Shown in pieces: positions 60,801 to 64,000 of a stretch of DNA of 64,000 nucleotides (positions are counted from its first letter, which is position 1; every line of letters starts with the position of its first letter). The translations under genes were made by a program, and so were the position numbers. The notes under the pieces are model-generated. The model made no database searches, was not told the DNA's origin, and saw only the letters and a list, made by a program, of their open reading frames with translations. Source of the stretch: Cyanophora paradoxa CCMP329 (Eukaryota > Plantae > Glaucophyta); assembly GCA_004431415.1 (NCBI GenBank), contig QPMI01000409.1, forward strand, positions 372,001 to 436,000, read 5' to 3'.

Positions 60801-63800
60801 TGAGAGGGGCAGCGGTGCGGGGGCCGGCGCGGGCGCTCGCCTCCTCCTTGCGCTTGGCGATCTCCTTCTGGATCATGACGCGGTGGTCCTTGGTGGGCCG
60901 CACCCGCACCTCCATCGCGATGGGCGTCTTGTTGCGGATGATGATCGGGGCGCGCAGCACGAGCCGCGTCCGCCCCCCGTCCGAGATGCGCTCCACGTCG
61001 ACGCAGATGTCGCGGGCGCCGGTAGCGCCCAGGATGGGGCGCCGCGCCGACTCGAAGATCTCGGAGGGCATGCCGGGGAGGCGGAGGACGTAGAGGCCGG
61101 GGCGCCCGATGGGGACGCGCCCGGGGATGGGGTACCAGCGCCCGTCCTCGGAGCGGGGCGGGCGGATGTAGAAGACGAGGAAGCGGCGGTTCCCCTGCGT
61201 CTCGCTCACCTGCGCCTCGTTCACCTGCGCCTCGTTCTCTTTCGCCGTCGTCTCGTCGTAGAAGGCGTCGCCGCTCTCGGCCTCGCCGGCCGCGATCCGG
61301 TCCTCCTCCTCGTCCCGCTCGATGAGCGACTCGGCGCCCGGCTCCGTCGTCCGAAAGTCGGCGTTCGGCGGGCGCGTCTCCAGGTCCTGCCGCCGCTCCG
61401 GGTTGAACTGCATGCCCCGCACGAAGCGCCACGAGATCGGCAGGCCTGCCGGCGCGTGAGGGGCGGCGGCCGGCCGCGCCGGCGCCCGAGCGAGCGCACC
61501 GGTTTTGTTGGTGAGGATGTGGGCGCGGGCATCCGGGCCGACGAGGGGCCCGTGCACGGAGGGGATGACGCCGCCGCTGGCGGCGGGGAAAAGGCGGGAA
61601 GAGGCGCCGAGGGCGGCGGAGGGGGCGGGGCGGCTGCCCGAGAAAAGGCTCGTGGCGTCGTCGTGGGCGGAGGAGGCGGGGAAGATGGCGTCCGACATGG
61701 CGACGGCCGGCCCCGGGCGGGCCGGCCCGGGCCCCGCCGCGCCGCGCCGCGCCAGCGCGTCCAGCGCCCCCCGGTCCCCGTGCACGGCCGAGAGCGGGAT
61801 GTACCGCTGGCGGGGAGGGCGCGCGTGAGGGCGCGGGTGGAAACGGGCCCCGCGCGGCACTGATCCGGCACCTGCGAGTCGGAGTTGACGAGGAACTTGT
61901 CGTAGCGCGTCCCGGACGTCGTCGAGGTCGCGTCCGTCGGCACGATGCGCTTCGGGACGTCGACGGGGTACGGCGGCGGCGGCACCTGGCGAGAGCAGGT
62001 GAGACCCCTCCGACCTCCGTCGGCGCAGACGTCGCGAAGGCGGCGGCGCACGTCGTCGTCGAGGTCGATGTCGTGGGCGCCGGCGTCCTCGTCCTCGAGC
62101 TGGAGGGGCGGGACGTCGGCCGGCAGCGCCGGGATGTGGTCCACGCGGGGCAGCGGCGCCGCCGCCCCCGCCACCAGCGCCCCCGCCAGCGCGCCGAACG
62201 CAGCCAGGTTCGCGATCATGGCGGGGTTCACCTGCCGACAAGTCAGCGGGCGCGAGGGAAGCAAACGATCCGAGGCGAGCGGCGCGCGCGCGCACGTTGA
62301 TGCAGAAGGCCTTCTCGGTGCTGGCCTCGATGCTGGCGGTGGGGTTGCCGTAGGTCCCGGGCACGAGCTTGATGATCGCCTCGATGTCCCAGGGCTCGAT
62401 GAGGACCTCCCAGACGTGCGTGTCCGGGTGCCAGCACTTGCCGTCCAACTCGACGGCGGCGCGCAGGCCCAGCGCGCCCTCCGCCGTCATCAGGTGCACG
62501 CGCGGCAGCTTCACGCCGATGCGCAGCAGCGGCATGCGGTATCCGTTCGGCGTCGGCGCGTCCTGCAGCACCTGCACCACGATGCCCTCCACCTTCGCTA
62601 GGATGTGCTGCGGCCCGGGTGAGAGGGCGCGAGCGGGCGGGAGGAAGAAAGCGAGGGCGGCGGGCGGACCATAATCGCGGCGGACGGCGGTGGCGGGTCC
62701 GGCGGCGGGCCCGGGGCCGGGGGCGGCAGCTGGAGGAGGGGTACGTACGCGACGAGGCTGTTCACCACCGCCAGCGCTGAGGGAACGGAAGATGAGCAAC
62801 GATGGGAGCGAACAAAAGGGGAGGGGCGCTTCCGGCGGCGCACCGCTGCGGATCTTGGCGGGAGAGACGGCGATGCCCATCGGGTGCACGCTGCGGCGGA
62901 CGGGCGCGTCAGGCGCGACTCGCAGGTCCAGGGCGGCGCGGGCGGAGCGTACACGGCCTTCAGGTAGGCCTTCTCCTGGGCGTTGGCGGCCCAGAAGCCG
63001 ACGGAGACGGCGAAGGGCTGGAGGAGGTGGACGGGGCGGCGGTCGGCCATGACGGAGCGCCAGCGCTTGATGTTGGGGAGGATGTCGACGGCGATGCCCG
63101 TGATCACCACGTCGAAGCACGTGTAGAGCTCGTCCACGCCGGGGTCCAGGTACTGCGCCAGGTCCAGCCGCTCCTGCGGGATCGGCTTCGAGCGGACGCT
63201 CGCGCCGTCCCCGCGCTCCAGCTCCAGCTCGCGCTCCTGCAGCTCCCGCGTCTCGAGGACCTTGCAGAAGGCCTCCTTGTTGATAATCTGGCCCACCACC
63301 TCGATCTTCTCGATCCAGACGAGCACGCCGGCGAGCTTCTGGCGGGCCGGCGGGGGCGGCGGGGGCGGGGCGAGGCCCGAGGCGGCGGCCTTGTCGACGG
63401 GCGGCTGCTCGTAGACGGTGACGATGATGGGCCCGACCTCGACGCGCGAGAGCTTGACGGCGACGAAGGCCTGCGAGTCCTCGTCCAGCTGGCCCGCCTC
63501 CGGCAGCTCGAACTTCTTCACGAAGTCGTCCTTCTCGGCGTCGTTGACCGCCCGCGCCGTCTTCGCCTGCCGCTTCGGGTTCGCCTTCGTGTACACCACC
63601 TGCGCCGCCGCGTGAGAGGACGACGGGGGGGGCGGGGGGCGCGAAGGCGGGGCGGGGCGGGGGGAGGGCGCGCCTTCGGGGGCGGGCGGACGGTCATTAG
63701 GGGCCCGAGCGAGTTGACGAGGTCGACGACGAGCTCCATGGAGAGGTTCACGCGCAGCGTCCGCACCGTTGCTTCCGCGTCCACCAGGCCGCCCGGGGCG

Positions 63801-64000
63801 TTCGGGCCCGGCGGGGGGTACACCTTCACGTGCGCCGACACGAAGTCGGGGCGGGCGAGGGGCTTGCCGTCCCGGTCGTGCGTCGGGCGCTGGTCGACGG
63901 GGTCGGTGCTGATGAAGGGCCGCGCGCGGGCCGCCCGCAGCGGGCTCCGGTCGAGGATGTAGAGCCCGCCGACGGCGACGTCGGCGGAGATGAGGCCGAT
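54856..64000 (-). CDS. VPS13: VPS13-family lipid transfer protein, C-terminal part; 5' end outside window
   Basis: WEVLIEPW, LVLRAPIIIRNKT, VTLFVPFWI, TRVVVIDARFVLVNKS, WSVPFAL and PLVVRNE (VAB/SHR-BD repeats); HFQIDQML, YIERLRISKIRLLLT and LVRGFGRGIKAFYHE (C-terminal/ATG2_C-like); PH-like end. Confidence 0.88.

Noticed and set aside
1-64000. tRNA, rRNA, snRNA, telomeric repeats, intact transposase or reverse transcriptase
   Set aside because: None recognised by eye; tRNAscan-SE, Infernal and HMM searches would be needed to exclude them formally.

Overview
Eukaryotic nuclear DNA from a GC-rich, intron-dense photosynthetic protist. Introns are mostly short (about 45-70 nt) and many have GC donors. 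A PsbP-family gene with an N-terminal 'MKAAF' transit-peptide-like leader suggests a glaucophyte such as Cyanophora (inference only). About 20 spliced genes are present: class I fumarate hydratase (partial), an IQ-motif protein, a TPR protein, NOT2, a mitochondrial carrier, a conserved hypothetical protein, ASA1/GNB1L, RPL32, an F-box protein, SET/NAP, a TPR-FkbM methyltransferase, UTP18, EFR3, a PsbP-like protein, kinesin-12, Costars/ABRACL, a delta-9 desaturase, two tandem paralogues of unknown function, and VPS13 (partial). Gene models were assembled by eye, so exon boundaries are approximate. Two results stand out. (1) A mobile-element family carries the C-terminal zinc-finger/RuvC-III end of a TnpB/Fanzor RNA-guided nuclease split by a spliceosomal intron (44679-45021). 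It is followed by a conserved, foldable ~100-nt omega-RNA-like right end that recurs in an ORF-less copy at 13111-13389, and it is associated with 24-bp tandem arrays. (2) A pervasive X-X'-X / X-c-X'-g-X 3-bp inverted micro-insertion signature fills intergenic DNA with palindromes and resembles footprints of hairpin-mediated transposon excision.
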